NCBI RefSeq assembly: GCF_002571385.2
Contig: NW_019217895.1
Location: 235,821-299,820, forward strand
DNA from: Stylophora pistillata
Lineage: Eukaryota
Length of the DNA stretch: 64,000 bases
Direction of reading: 5' to 3'
Positions 40,401 to 53,466 of the stretch are shown one piece after another. How positions within the stretch are numbered: the first letter of the stretch is position 1; each line of letters opens with the position of its first letter. A model generated the notes under the pieces. The model did no database searches. It was not told the origin of the DNA and saw only the letters and a program-made list of their open reading frames with translations. The position numbers and the translations under genes are program-made.

Positions 40401-43400
40401 TCTCCTCTTTCTATAGTTATCTCGCTGGAGGTGATTATAATGCTCAAATACCAATTTTCCAAAAATGTCCATTTGGCAATTTTTTCATGTCTTGAAAACA
40501 AGTATGTAAAATAAACAAGTTTCTCCAGTAATCGATCGGGTAACAAAACGATTATTCTACTCACCATGTACATAGATATGATTACACTCTTTGCGTTGCT
40601 GTTGTTTATCAATTATTGTCACTTGTAATTGTTAAAGATGATGTTGCTGTTTTTGTTGTTTTCGTCTTCCCATGCTGGTATCAAAGAAGGTTTTATGCTG
40701 TCTATATTGTGTGGTGGGTAGAGGATTACCTTTCACATTTAACACGGTGAATACATCGCATGTGCAAAGTCTTAAGTGCATATCGTCTTTTTATTTTTCC
40801 AGGCCATATTTGTGTTCAAACTGCTGGAAACCGGCAGAATAGATTGTTTAGACGACCCGTTAGAGAAATATGAACCCAGATTTCAAGTTAGGAATTCTTT
40901 CAATCAGCAAAAAATAACAATTAGGTGAGTTAGTGGTGATGATGAATTCAAACAACATGAAAAATTTTAGCAATAAAAATGTTGATAATGATTCTTATGA
41001 TGACGAGGATAGAACAGTAAATGGTTTGAACCCGTTAGTAACACGTGATCAAGTAGTCTGATTGTCTGGGTGAATGAAATCCTGAGAAGGATTCTTATCG
41101 ACAATGGTGACCATCGCAACCGAAGTCATCATCAGAATCAAGTAAATAGTAGTCAGTCGAATAGACATACTGCTCGTTTCGTGTAAACTGATTGGATCGA
41201 TTTAGCCGTGATGTTATTGGCTGTTAGACTCAAGTGGCGTAAGTCGCTCATGATCAGTCAGTTTCGATCCGTCGGTAAAGTTACGTCGTTCTGTTCGGTT
41301 CGTGTGATGTTAATGTCGTGAAAAAGTCGTTTGTATGGTGTCGGTCGTAGTTGACTCCTGTTGACGGGAGTCTGTTCTAAGTTAGTAAACTAGCTTTCCC
41401 AAGTCAGTCGTTGAAAAATGTTAGTACTGTAGGTAAGGCATTGTGCAATCAGACATCAGCGAGCTTTTCTTATCGCTCGCTTGCAGGTTTGTTGTGAGAT
41501 TTCTGCCTGTCTCTCTGATGTAGGAGGCTTGATACTTGAAGCACTTGATCTAACAAACCGCTTTTTGTTTGTTCTTCGGTTCGTCCTTGTCTTTGAAGTT
41601 TGCTAATAGATGACTCAGCGTAGTGACGGGTTTGTGGGCGACGCGGATATTGGAGGGTTTAGGGGTACGCGAAATGCTTACAGGGATGTTTTCATACCGT
41701 ACATAGAGGGCATGTCTGGATATAACCAGCGCGTCATCCCGTGGTTTTCACGGTGAACTGAGGGGGACTTTGGCCGATACCAACAGAGTGTAAAGGGGGG
41801 GGGGGGAGGACTATAGAAAATTGATTAACTACCAATGAGGGGGATAATAATAATACTATAGAGTCTTATGGGGGGAATCAAGTAAATTGTACCATGACAC
41901 AACCAAAATCCTCCGAACCCCCCGGCCCCCTCCCCGGCTAGGTGATAGATAATGACCGGTCCCAATGCATACAATCTCATATATTTTGTCTATGTGCCTC
42001 TCTACAGACAAATTTTAGCCCACACGTCAGGCCTCCCTCGTGAGGTTCCATGCAGTGACGCATACTCATATGGTAAAACTCACGTGTGTCCTGTTAACAA
42101 CACGTACGTCCTTGAACAACTGAGTAAAACTGAACTGAAGAGTCCCCCTGGAAGACTGCCGCACTACAGGTAAGAAAAAGGAAAACGAAACCCGTCTACG
42201 GTAACTTGACAATCAAAAGTTTCTAAATGTGTCAGATTCGTTGAGTTAGAACTTCACTTCGTCACTTTGCCCAAAGAAATGGCTAAGAGGATTGTTGCAT
42301 TGCGGTCGGTTAATGCAATTCGTTTTCACTGCTGAGTTGATAGAAGTGTATCTTCCAAATGTATTTTAGAGGAACACGCAGGCGTAGAAGTAATAGATCA
42401 CATGAGGGAAATCTCCTCTCCTGATTTTGGCATTCCCTCCTGTCTGGCACTAAGGGCATACCATCGCTTCTTGATGATAGAAAATGGAGAATAATCTTAA
42501 TGTGGCATTCTGACTTCTCTATTCATAGTAGAATGCACATATTTGGGTTATTGAACGGTACACAATTAAATTATGCAACTCAACTCAACTCAACTCAATG
42601 GAAGACAATTACATATTATGTATCAATCGGAATCTGTGGATAATGGTGGTTATTTTAAAAAGACAATGAATTTTTACACATGTGTTCTTGTAGGAATCCA
42701 AATGGTTCCACAAAGTCTAATGAACTTATTTTGTTTTTCAGCAACTTGGGCTATTCCTTAATTGCCCGCATTTTTGCGGAGAAATTTGCAAACAGCGACT
42801 ACGAGGGCTGGGTGGAGAGAAATATTTTCCAACCATTAGGAATGGGGCAAACCGGCTTCAACCTCAGAAGGTAGTTGTGCGTTACTTAATTACTTAGGTC
42901 GTGTTTCAAAACTAAAGAAAGGAAAAACATGGTTAAACATTCTTCATTGTCAACGTTTTGTGAAAGTACTTTCATTTTTTAATCGTTGAAGCTTTATTAT
43001 GGGCTTGCAACTCGGTCAGCGTATTAATTTTTGTTATTTATTCTGCACAGAATGCCCTCTAACATGGCTGTGGGCTACGATGACGATGGTGAAGCTCCTC
43101 TAGTAGACTGGGATTGGGCCGCCCCAGCAATTCAAGCATACTCGACGGCAAATGATCTTTATAAGGTTTGTTATTACTTGACATTACTTGTTTTCACACT
43201 ATGACGCAACGCTAACATTGATGTGGAATGAGTTTACCAAGAGAAAAGCGGTGTCCTAGAGATTAATGACGGCAGCCGGGTTGAGTTGGACAGGTTTAAG
43301 GCCTAGAAGGGGTCTCCTTCCCATGGGTTTTCTGTGTATATGTTCATCGCCAACCTACTAGCACGATCAGCGCTAGTCCAGGTCGAACTAACAGGACACG

Positions 43401-46400
43401 GTTTAGATCCTGTATCCAGTTAACCTGGGTTTACACGGTAACTTGGATCTATCGACTTAGTTGATAAAGTAAATTGATCACCTTGAAGAAATTTTATATC
43501 TAATGCGTTGAGTGTTAGCCCTTCGTCATTCGCTCTGACGTCCCGCCCCAACGCAGCGCCACAGTTTCTTTGGAAACGTACCCCCTTTTTTAACCCGGGT
43601 TTAGTTTTAATCGACTGTTGAAGAATCCGCCTGAAACGCGAATAGAATATTCTTGATTATTAAGGAAAAAGACAAAACGCGGGAGTTAACATCGATGGAC
43701 TAGATTTCAGTCCTCGGGAAAATATGCCATTCAAATGCAGAGAACCTTAACAAGATTTGGCGTCACGAATTGCCTTCTTCGATTTAAGTCTGAGAAAAAA
43801 AGGAGGATTTCATTTCAACCTTCGGCTGATGGATGCTATTTCATACACAAAACCCAATCGATGACCACAGACGGAGGAAAAATGATTTCTTTCCTTTGTT
43901 GTCTTCAAAAGATTCGTAAATTTTTTTTCCCTCCCAAACCGACACGATTGGGCTCTTTATCTCAGTTTCTTGTATATTGGTTATTGGAAAACTCTGGTAT
44001 CCATGTTCTGACCAATCTCATGTTCGTTAGGAAGTAATCCCAATTCAGTCAGAATTTCTCCTTACAATATCAACGCAATATCAAGCAGACAAGTGATGAG
44101 AATAAAGACAAATATCAATCAGAGGATTATTAGGTGATCCAATACCAAATTCTCTACACTAACATCATAAGAATTGTACGGCAGACAGTAAGAAGAATTA
44201 CTAAGGAGATCTGGAGATGAAAAGGGTTAATGAATTGCTTTATTTCTCCGCACAGCTTATGACGTTTTTACTTGGCATGTCAAGCGCATCACTACTAAAC
44301 CGAGAATTGGTACAGCAGTTAATGAAACCAGGTATGTGCGTGTAATATAACTGATACTATTAAGTCTTTGAAAAAGCTTTTGTCTAACAACTGTGGCATA
44401 GTAAATATATATAATGGGTTACTTTATTTCAGAGCTAGGTTTTGGTTTTTGAAGACATTTTGGAAGAGAAACGTTCTTCCTTCATTCCGTACGTTAGACT
44501 AGCATCGTGTGACTACTTTGATCACGCATTATCAGTTTGTTGTAGCCCTTAAGGAGATATGTGCATTCTTCCTCAGCAGTGAAAAAAGGGAAAATAAGAG
44601 AAGCGATAGAAATTAGAAGAAGGAAGCCAAACTAGAGGTCTGAGAAAACTTAGGTGGTTGATTCCTTTCCTGTCTTCACTTACAGATTTTATGTACCCGG
44701 ATGGTAGCACTGTGTTTGGGACTGGCTGGGAGATTATTGACGCCGGTACATATTCAGTTGTGACAAAGTCAGGATTTGTTCCGGGATATTCTGCTGGATT
44801 TGCATTTGTTCCAGAATTTAAGCTTGGTTGGTATTTGGTATTTGCATTATCGTTTGATTAGTACTGTTGCTCTGGCGACGATAGCACTTTAATTGCTGGT
44901 TCGTAAATTACACTTTTCTTCACCGAAGGACTGTATTTTATAAATCAACACAAACTCGCAGAAAGCAACTTTCAAAAACATATCTAGTTTGGGCGCACGT
45001 GATCCATAACAATGTCCATGACTGTCATTCTAAACCAAGCAACGTATAAACTTCTCTGACTAAGTTAAACGAATTGCTGCAAAAAGTAATGCATTACTGG
45101 AAGCAGGAAGCACAAAAACTATTTGAATACTAAGTTTAACATGACAATCGTTATCCACCAGGAATTTATTTAGGAACTGAAGTTTCAAACAATAAAACGG
45201 TCGAGTCGACTGTAGTGTTCAGAACAGAACTTAATTCGAAGGATTTTCTCCGTTTTATTTTCGCTATGGTCTCTGTAATAATTTTTTTTTTGTTTTTCCT
45301 CTTTGTAGTAGATCTTTGGTTTTGGGTTCTCTATACTCAGTTTAGATGCGCTCTAACTTTGCGTTTTCCCACTGACGTTGATTTCTGAACGGTTAAACAA
45401 TCGAAACCCCTGTGTTAGTTACGCCTCACCAAATAAGGGATTGCCATACAGGTTTTGCCGCTTTTTTCAGCTAAAATTGTTGGTAAATTGTTAATATAAG
45501 ACCCAACTTTGTTCAATCTAAGTACAAAGTCGTCTTCAGAATAAATTTTAATCTATTTTCTGTGCAGTGTTTTTAGTTTAACCAGCCAGTCAGCAATCCT
45601 GTACTTTGAATGTTCGCATTTTTGATGCTATCAACCTTTAAAATACATCTGCAGGAGCAATTGCCCTTGTCAGCGGCCGTGAAGTTGCGTGGAGGCTTGT
45701 GCTTTCAATTGTCCAAACACTGGCCAAAAAGATGGATGCCGTGTTATTGCGTCAACAGCTGCAGGTACAACAAACCTTCAATCTATTGTGAATACAGTAC
45801 TGTCAAGATAATAAAGACAGGGCGTAAAATTAACTTTTTTTTCCGGTAGCTACTTGGCTCCTAAATATTTTAAAGTGGTAGCCAATTCCAAAAAGTTGGT
45901 GGCCATTATGACAAACACACCCAAAAAAAATTTTTACACTGTCACTGTACTAGATAGATTATCATATCAGTGATACAGTCATACAAACATCAAAAATGAG
46001 CCCGCTAAATTCGCACGAGCTACAAAGAGGACACTAGAATGGATCATATACAACGTTATAGGTTACCTAAATCCAATATGGCGTCTAGTGACGACAGATT
46101 TACGTTCGACATCGTGCATGTGCTGCGTTTTGGTAACGAGCTTACCGAGGAACTTTGGTGCAGATTTATCTTATCTAATCTTCAACAATCACTAGATCTC
46201 TAGCTAAGGTGTGATTAGAAATTCTAGTCGCCAAAGTGAAAAATTTAGTCGCATTGGCGCCTGTATTAGGCGCAATTTTACGCCCTGAAAGATCAGGTGT
46301 ATTGTGTTTTGAGTTGGAATCGAAGGGATTTATTGAAGATTCCTGAATAGGCTAAATTCTGCAGAAGAGATAACTAGTGCTGACCCATCAGCCAAATATG

Positions 46401-46979
46401 AGGATCTATTATTTTATAATTCCTGCTGCAAATCACATGGAAGAAACACTTTTTTAGAGCTTAAGAAGCTCACTCAGGGCGACACTCGGACCTCTGACCT
46501 TTACTAATTAGAAACAATTTCTGTTAAAGTAGTTACAAGGAAATTTTATTCTATGTCAGTGCAGCAGCATTATGACTTTTTCTTTTAATGTCCTTTAGAT
46601 CCAGCTCCTTTCCAATAATGAACAGTACCTTGGGGAATACCGTATTGTCTCTCATTGGATGCCGGAAGTGATTGTTAACATAACACAAGAGAACGGACTT
46701 TTGCTCTTCACCCAACTTCCGGGCTCCCTCGGTTTTTCTTATCTGAAGCCCATCACAGACCACGTGTTCGAGGTAATTTATAGAGCTGGATTGGACTGCA
46801 TGACCTATGGATTGGGACAGAATCGAGAGAGAGTGTCCTTCGATCCACCGTCCTCGGATAAAAAGAGTCCTGGTCTGAAGTTTGGCCCTTATATATTCAA
46901 AAGAATGAACCCTGTACGTAATAATGTTTTAAAACCAAGGACGTCTGCTTCACACCTCGCGCCATCTAGTCTGCTCTAA
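37458..46979 (+). CDS. Serine beta-lactamase/PBP-fold protein (LACTBL1-like) with an N-terminal membrane anchor; spliced, start codon uncertain
   Basis: Exons: 37458-37701 (TM segment LALELVALGFLTMTVLFIWQI), 38911-38940, 39686-39826 (DTVFRVASITKIF, SxxK), 40803-40924 (LDDPLEKY...ITIR), 42008-42169 (QILAHTSGLPRE...HYS), 42742-42870 (NLGYSLIA, completing YxN), 43051-43165, 44256-44331, 44686-44826 (TKSGFVPGY, KxG triad), 45655-45764, 46599-46979. Phases are consistent. One exon may lie in the gap at 39106-39140. Confidence 0.9.
37948..38837. mobile_element. Non-autonomous DNA transposon (hAT-like CAG termini) in an intron
   Basis: TIRs caaggctgcaaataac...gttatttgcagcctg with subterminal ccgg/gaccgg repeats. 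No clean TSD seen. Confidence 0.65.
40030..40252. mobile_element. Fold-back palindromic MITE with ~95-bp arms
   Basis: gaggacagacgcatag...ccgtgggtcagttcagt pairs with actgaactgacccacgg...ctatgcgtctgtcctc. Confidence 0.85.
41050..41720 (-). mobile_element. Penelope-like element remnant (GIY-YIG C-terminus and 3' end)
   Basis: The minus strand gives KIKC...QASYIRETGRNL and TYSTNIFQRLTWES*FTNLEQTPVNRSQLRPTPYKRL, with stops and frameshifts. Confidence 0.75.
45818..46287. mobile_element. 470-bp non-autonomous DNA transposon with 14-bp TIRs and a 5-bp TSD (hAT5-like)
   Basis: CAGGGCGTAAAATT...AATTTTACGCCCTG, with AAAGA at 45813-45817 and 46288-46292. Confidence 0.8.
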
Positions 46980-49467
46980 CAGATTTCATTGATAGTATTT
47001 TTTAAATTTGTGGAGTCAGTTTTGTGATATCTACCTTTTTTATATCCGTGAAAAAACATCGCTAACATCTCTTCTGTCTGACCACCTAGGAATACCGTTT
47101 AGTTGTCATTCAGTTTTGTTTCTTTGACGACGGGCAAAATCTCCAAAAGTAAGCTTTGGAATCTCTTTACGGTTGCCGATTTACAACTGTAAACTCAGTC
47201 GATAAAGCCAAATTACTTGTAATACCCCCACCGACGCAGCACAAGAGTTTCTTTAAAACTTTTCCCCCGATACACTAGTCGAGAAATTTTCATGAGTTGC
47301 GGTAGATAAGTAACTTAAAACATTCAGAATGACTGAGTAACGCTAGTTACTGACGGTTATCCTTTTCTTGCTGTGTGTGTTACTGTAGTGTGAGAATTTT
47401 AAAACTGCAGTGGCATAATCCACGCAAACTAGTGATGATACTGCCATTTGTCGTCTCAGACAGGAGAATAATTTCTAATAAGGATGAATCATTTTTTCCA
47501 ATTCTTTTCATGTTTATTCATACATTGCCCCCTCTCTCAAATGATCCACCCCGTACACTCTATTAATATATACCAAAAAGGTGACCAGTGCTTTTCACGC
47601 GCGCTGATTGGCTAGTTTGAAAGTGAATAGCAAGTGCAATTCGCCTTCGAGCAGCCGATGAGGCAAAATCGAGCATGAAGAGTTTAATTTCCGACCATGT
47701 TTTGGTATGCTGAAAGGAAATTTTTTTTTTTGTATCTGTGTAGTATCGACTAAAACAATTATTTACCTCAGTGTCATTGTTGATTACTGTTGGCAGTTTG
47801 CCTGTAAATACAGATTATCGTGGCTTTCATACGCTCGTACCATATTTGCTCAAGGAATTTCCTTAAAACTTACAAATGTATTTAATTATCTGTCAATTTT
47901 CGAATATCTTATTTCAAATGAATTATACTATTTAATAAATTTAAGAATAATTATTTCGGGTACCAAGTTACCCAAACCGAATTAAAACAATTAAATCCTC
48001 ATTGTGTCTATCTGGTGGTCTTTTCCTTTCGTTTTCTCAATTTTTTCGGAAATACCGTGACGATAGGTTTTTCGCCTACAACTAGACTTCAGCGGGGAAC
48101 GCAAAAACAACGGGAGAAGTAGCTTGGTAGAGATAACTTGACATCGGGAACGGACATTCGTCACGATTTCCTGGTACACGGAGATCTGCCCCGAGAGAAC
48201 TTGTACGGAGGTCAAAGACATGACAGCGTTTGGTTCCAACTGTAACTTTATTACAGCTTATGCTTGTGAGCGACATGAACAGTGGCGCACTCAAAAGAGT
48301 GGTTGCAGAATGTCATCGAATGTGATCGCATATAGTAATCGCAAAATGTAATCGCAGAATGTAATCAAAAAGCTTTACAATTTACTTCCTTAAATACTAT
48401 CGAGCGCGTCGTTCTATTCTCTAAATTTACAAGATTTGAATAGTATCCGTCAAAAGAAGCGGAAAATTTGTCTTTGTAGTTAACGATTCTAATTATTTAT
48501 TCCATCTCTTCGGAAAGCACTGGCTAAGAGAACGGGGATTAAATTAACAACTTGGCAATTAAAAATACTTATCTTAATTACAGTAAAGCAGACTAGGAAA
48601 TAAAAGCGAGAAGTAATTAAAAATTCACTTACCCACGAGAAGTTGGTGTTAAGATCAGAAAACACCGAAGTGAAAAAAATTATCCAATAAAAAAAAAAGT
48701 GAAATTACGAGCAAAAACTCAGCTTCCAACTACCACGAGAACCAATTTCCAGAAAGATCATTAACACTTATATTTTCCTGCAATTTCAATAGAATAGTAA
48801 TGGTCGACAAAAGTACCAACCTGCAGGCGTACAATGAAGACAGGTAACAAAGCAAAATGTATTAGTTGACTACTCCAAAAGCTACAATGGCTTTTCCTAT
48901 ATCCTTTTAGCATCACAATGAAAGAAACTCAAATGATTTAAAAACGACTAGAATATTGGAAAAACGAATAAATATGCTTGAAACATACACACGGAAAAAT
49001 CGCTAAATTTTCCTGTAACAATATAATTGTTACCTAAAGAACCCAGTATGTGGGTCGTACCGTCCTTCTTATAGCTTCAGTTTGAAGCAGGAAATGACTA
49101 GGCTACTAAAGTGTAAGCTGTGAATGCTTCACTCATATAACTACTACAGAAAAGTCCTACGCTTTCACTCCCAAAGTTAATCATCATTTCTCACCAGAAC
49201 AATTAAGGTTATTTGCATTAAGGTTTTATTGTCGTGAAGAGTAGTTTATTTGCTTCCCATTCGAGCCGAAGACCGTTTCTCTTTTCTTGTCGTGTCTACG
49301 GAAAAGAGCTAAGCACCCAAACTTTAGTAACGGTTTGGATTCTGTGTTGTAGAATTCATCTATTTTGCAGCTCATTGAAACAGTCTCAGAGTCTGAGAAT
49401 CTACCATATCTTTTAATTTCTTTAAAAAGGAAAAAAATTTATCTTAAATCAAGGCAGCTAGCGATAG

Positions 49468-50646
49468 ATGCTTACTAAAATATCGAAAAGGAGACCTTAC
49501 AGTCCAACTAATTTTAGGGAGAGATACACAGTTACATGTGCGATGAATTCAAGCAGGGTGGACGACAACATTTTCCCACCTGAATGGAGCGTCTACCAAG
49601 CAGTGGGAGGGAAGCTATCCGATTTTGGTGCCCAAGCTAAAAACTTTCTTATCTTTCTCGTAATCACCAACATCATCACCTCTCCTCTTACTGCGACTCT
49701 CAACATGTTGGTGATTATAGCTGTGAAAACTAAAAGCCGCTTGAAAGCCAAGAAGTCCAACATACTGCTTGCATGTTTAGCGGTGACCGATTTGGCGGTG
49801 GGTGTGATTGTTCAACCGATGTTAATTGTGGTTTCAATCATCGACTTGATCAGCGAACTAACGAGAGGGTTATGTTTCTTACAGATTTGTACACAATTTA
49901 TGACAAGTGTCCTGTGTAACTCGTCTCTTATCCACCTGACTTTGGTGAGTGGAGAACGATATTTAACCATAAAACACGTTTACGCCTATGCTAACGGACT
50001 CGTCACAGAGGTCCGCTTGCTGGTTGCCTTAAGTGTTGCGCGGCTCCTTTCCATAACACTGCACATTCCTCTTTTTGATTATAGATCAGCCTTTTATGTT
50101 ACAAACAACATTTTCATCGGAATTTCTGTCGCCATAGTAGCTTTCTGCCATGCAACAGTCTACCGCGAGGTTAGCAGACAGCAAAAGACACTTTCAACTC
50201 AAGAAGTCACAGAAGAGATAAGGCAGAAATTTCTGAAAGACAAGGAGGCTCTCAAACTGACATCTACAATTATTGTAGTACTTTTTCTCTGTTACTTGCC
50301 AATAACCGTTGTTAGAATTGTTTTAAGCCGGTCAGGTTTCATGTCTATAAAAGCAAGGTTTATAATTTTAATCTTTTCAGTGTCGTTTGCACTATTCAAC
50401 TCTTTCCTTAATCCACTAATTTACGCCATTAGGACACGACAATTTCGCGTAGCTTTTATCGAATTATCGTGTAGAACTGCAAACTTAGTTGAAGCTCAGG
50501 AAATTGAGAGGAGAATGTTTGGATCGCCAAATGCTGTGGAAGTAATAAACATAGAAGAAAAACAGGAAGAAGAACATCAAAATGAAGAACATCAAACTGA
50601 AGAACATCAAAATGATAAAATGAAGGACAGCAAATCTCAAACCTGA
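49468..50646 (+). CDS. Intronless rhodopsin-family (class A) GPCR, orphan, of the expanded cnidarian amine/adenosine-receptor-like type
   Basis: Seven hydrophobic segments with TM1 LN, TM2 LAVTD, TM3 ERY, TM6 CYLP, TM7 NSFLNPLIY and helix 8 QFRVAF. The true start may be the second Met (MNSS, 49543). Confidence 0.92.
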   Translation: MLTKISKRRPYSPTNFRERYTVTCAMNSSRVDDNIFPPEWSVYQAVGGKLSDFGAQAKNFLIFLVITNIITSPLTATLNMLVIIAVKTKSRLKAKKSNILLACLAVTDLAVGVIVQPMLIVVSIIDLISELTRGLCFLQICTQFMTSVLCNSSLIHLTLVSGERYLTIKHVYAYANGLVTEVRLLVALSVARLLSITLHIPLFDYRSAFYVTNNIFIGISVAIVAFCHATVYREVSRQQKTLSTQEVTEEIRQKFLKDKEALKLTSTIIVVLFLCYLPITVVRIVLSRSGFMSIKARFIILIFSVSFALFNSFLNPLIYAIRTRQFRVAFIELSCRTANLVEAQEIERRMFGSPNAVEVINIEEKQEEEHQNEEHQTEEHQNDKMKDSKSQT

Positions 50647-51339
50647 ACATTAATGATGTTTTTCCATTATGAGAAAGCCACATCCGAAGAGTAAACTTAA
50701 ATTTCGTCAATTCCATTGAACTGCAATGCAATAGTATGTAAAACATGCAGGAAACATTGATAGCATCTTCACTTTTTAAAGTTTAGAAAAATATATGATG
50801 TGTTTAGTTAAAGGGAACCTCTAGTTTCTTTAACTAATAACGCTCAAAATGTTCCAAAGATACTTCTAAATAGATCTGGAGTAAAAAAATTGCTCGCCAC
50901 ATTCGCGCTGTAGTTTCTCTCGTTGTTTCACAGGCGGCCCAAGCGTACTGTGTTTGATTTTGGGGTCTAAAGGTCATTAACAGGAATACCTAATATATTA
51001 AGATCGAATTTTAAGCGTAAGCGTGGGCCGTTAAAAAGGAAAATTATTAAAAAAAAATGAAGAAAAAATTAAAAAGGATAATAAAAGCGAGGAATATAAC
51101 GTGTGAAGTCTCTTTACCTTTATTCCGTAGCCACTTTGTCGTTTACGGTCTTTTTAACACTGTTTTGGCGACTTTCTTTGTAACACGTTTAGTGCTACCA
51201 GTCAACTGTATATAGAAAAACTCAAGGCTGGAAACTTCAACCGGTCCCAAACACCAACTGTCGCCACTCGAAGGCCGATAAATTCCACAAAAGTCGACCG
51301 ATCTCCCTCAAATTTCAACCGGCGAGAGCGCTTTGCTAA

Positions 51340-51789
51340 TAGAGAGATTAAGCACCACGTATTTTTTTCCCGCGAGAGGGAGAGATGGTCACGTGACCTG
51401 ACATTTCCCGCGTTTGTCGTTTGCCGGCCGCCGTTTCTACTCGAGGAAGACATTTTTCCCGTTTGTAGGGAACGCGAAACGTGAGTATTTGCAGCCCACT
51501 TTTACTGACTATTTCTACATTTTGATCGCTTGCTTTTATAGCTAGGCTTCGTTTATCATCTTACTTCTATATGAACTGCTTGTAAAGCTAATAGAGTTCA
51601 AATTCAAGCGGAAAATACATTACTTCTTTGTATCCATTATTTCTAGTCGCAGTGAATGGTGACCGATAACATTTGTTCTGCCGTGTCGTCGGGAAGCTTA
51701 AACAGACGAACATCGCGGACGGAACGGCAAACGACAAACGGCTAGCCGACGTTCAGCTTTCGCTGTTTTCGAGGTGCTTAATCTAACTA
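51340..51789. mobile_element. ~450-bp MITE, copy 1
   Basis: Imperfect TIRs TAGAGAGATTAAGCAC...GTGCTTAATCTAACTA; highly similar to the copy at 52147-52596. Confidence 0.85.
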
Positions 51790-52087
51790 ATACCTACCCG
51801 TTTGAGCGGCAAAAGTTTCCAAATTCCAGTGCATCGATCCGAGAGCCGATCCGTTTTACCACCCATTCTGGGTAAATCGCTTTGTAGGTACGCGTAATCC
51901 TTTTGCCCTTATACGGGATTTAAATATAGAAGCGCATCTGACCAACTAAAGACTCTCCGGGGGATCGATAGGATGGTTGTTGCTTTTGCCCTACTGTCAA
52001 ACAACACCGTCTGGGGGAGTCGTGCGTGTAATTCAACCAGATGCACTTCGATATCTAAGCATTCAGTGTCGATTGCAACATTCAGCT

Positions 52088-52880
52088 TAATCCACTAATT
52101 TAAGCCATTAGGACACGACAATTTCACGTAGCTTTCATCGAATTATTAGAGAGATTAAGCACCACGTATTTTTTTCCGGCGAACGTTAGGGAGGGTCACG
52201 TGACCTGACATTTCCCGCGTTTTCCGTTTGCCAGCCGCCGTTCCTATTCGAGGAGGACATTTTTCGCGTTTGTAGGGAACGCGAAAACGTGAGTATTTGC
52301 AGCCCATTTTTACCGACTATTTCTACATTTTGATTGCTTGCTTTTTTTTAAGTTTCGTTTATCATCTTACTCCTATATGAACTGCTTGTAAAGCTAATAG
52401 AGTTCAGATTCAAGCAAAAAATGCATTACTTCTTTGTATCCATTATTTCTAGTCGCAGTGAATGGCGACCGAGAACATTTGTTCTGCCCTGTCGTCGGGA
52501 AGCTTAAACAGACGAACTTCGCGGACGGAACGGCAAAACGACGAACGGCTAGCCGACGTTCAGCTTTCGCCGTTTTCGCGGTGCTTAATCTAACTATTGT
52601 GTAGAACTTCAAACTTAGCCAAAGCTCAGGAAGTCGAGAGGAAATTGTTCGGATCGCCAAATGCTGTTGGGATGATGGACAGAGGAAAAAAACAGGAAGA
52701 AGAACATCAAGATGAAGAACATCAAAATGAAGGCAGCAAATCTCAAACCTGAACATTAATGATGTTTTACCATTACGAGAAAGCCACATCCAATGAGTAA
52801 ACTTAAATTTCGTCAATTCCATCAAACTGCGTAGCCATAGTATTTAAAACGTGCAGGAAACATTAAGAGCATCTTTATTT
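52088..52880 (+). pseudogene. Partial duplicate of the GPCR 3' end (TM7, tail, 3'UTR) disrupted by a MITE
   Basis: 52088-52146 and 52597-52880 align to about 50408-50775. The NPLIY tyrosine is TAC>TAA, and there are deletions. Confidence 0.88.
52147..52596. mobile_element. ~450-bp MITE, copy 2, inserted in the GPCR pseudogene fragment
   Basis: Same TIRs and body as 51340-51789. It interrupts the sequence equivalent to atcgaattat|cgtgtagaac of the intact gene. Confidence 0.85.
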
Positions 52881-53377
52881 TTAGAATTGTTTGCTTTAGT
52901 TTTCTAAATAAATGATGTGTGACTTGTAGTGTCGAGAATAATTTTTGTAATTTGGAGTGAATTTTTAACTCTTTCGGTGATCAAGTAAGATAACTCACCA
53001 GTTATCAATGGGCAATAGAAGGGTGCCATACAAAGTAAGTTTGCAAAAATTATTTCCCCACAACCCTCTCCTCCATTCCCATTTCCACCTTTTCTGCCTT
53101 TTGGTTCACATTCGTAGTTTTCCCTTTCGTTCACTCATGTCCATGAATTAACAAATGGTCAACACCACAGCGTGCACTATTGGGTTATGGATGCACGCGA
53201 GAGGTTGCTAAGCACAAAAGAAGCGTAAGAGTCTCTAACTTCTTTGAGTGCTCAGCAAACCTCCCAAGTGCATCTATAACTCAGTAGTATACGCTGTGGT
53301 GTTTAACATTTGTTTTATAACATAACATTGATACATTGTAGCAAAAGAGTTCCCCTCGATTTTAACAAATCTTACGT

Positions 53378-53466
53378 GAAATTGAATTTCTTTGAATTGA
53401 AATTGAATTTCGTTGAATTGAAATTGAATTTCATTGAATTGAAATTGAATTTTAGTATTGAATTTT
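53378..53466. repeat. 21-bp minisatellite, about 4 copies
   Basis: gaaattgaatttc(N)ttgaatt units are directly visible. Confidence 0.85.

Noticed and set aside
47991-48294. Short overlapping minus-strand ORFs
   Set aside because: No recognisable motifs, paralog or splice context.
52394-52825. 143-aa minus-strand ORF, and the related ORF at 50456-50746
   Set aside because: Antisense shadows of the GPCR tail, its duplicate and the MITE.
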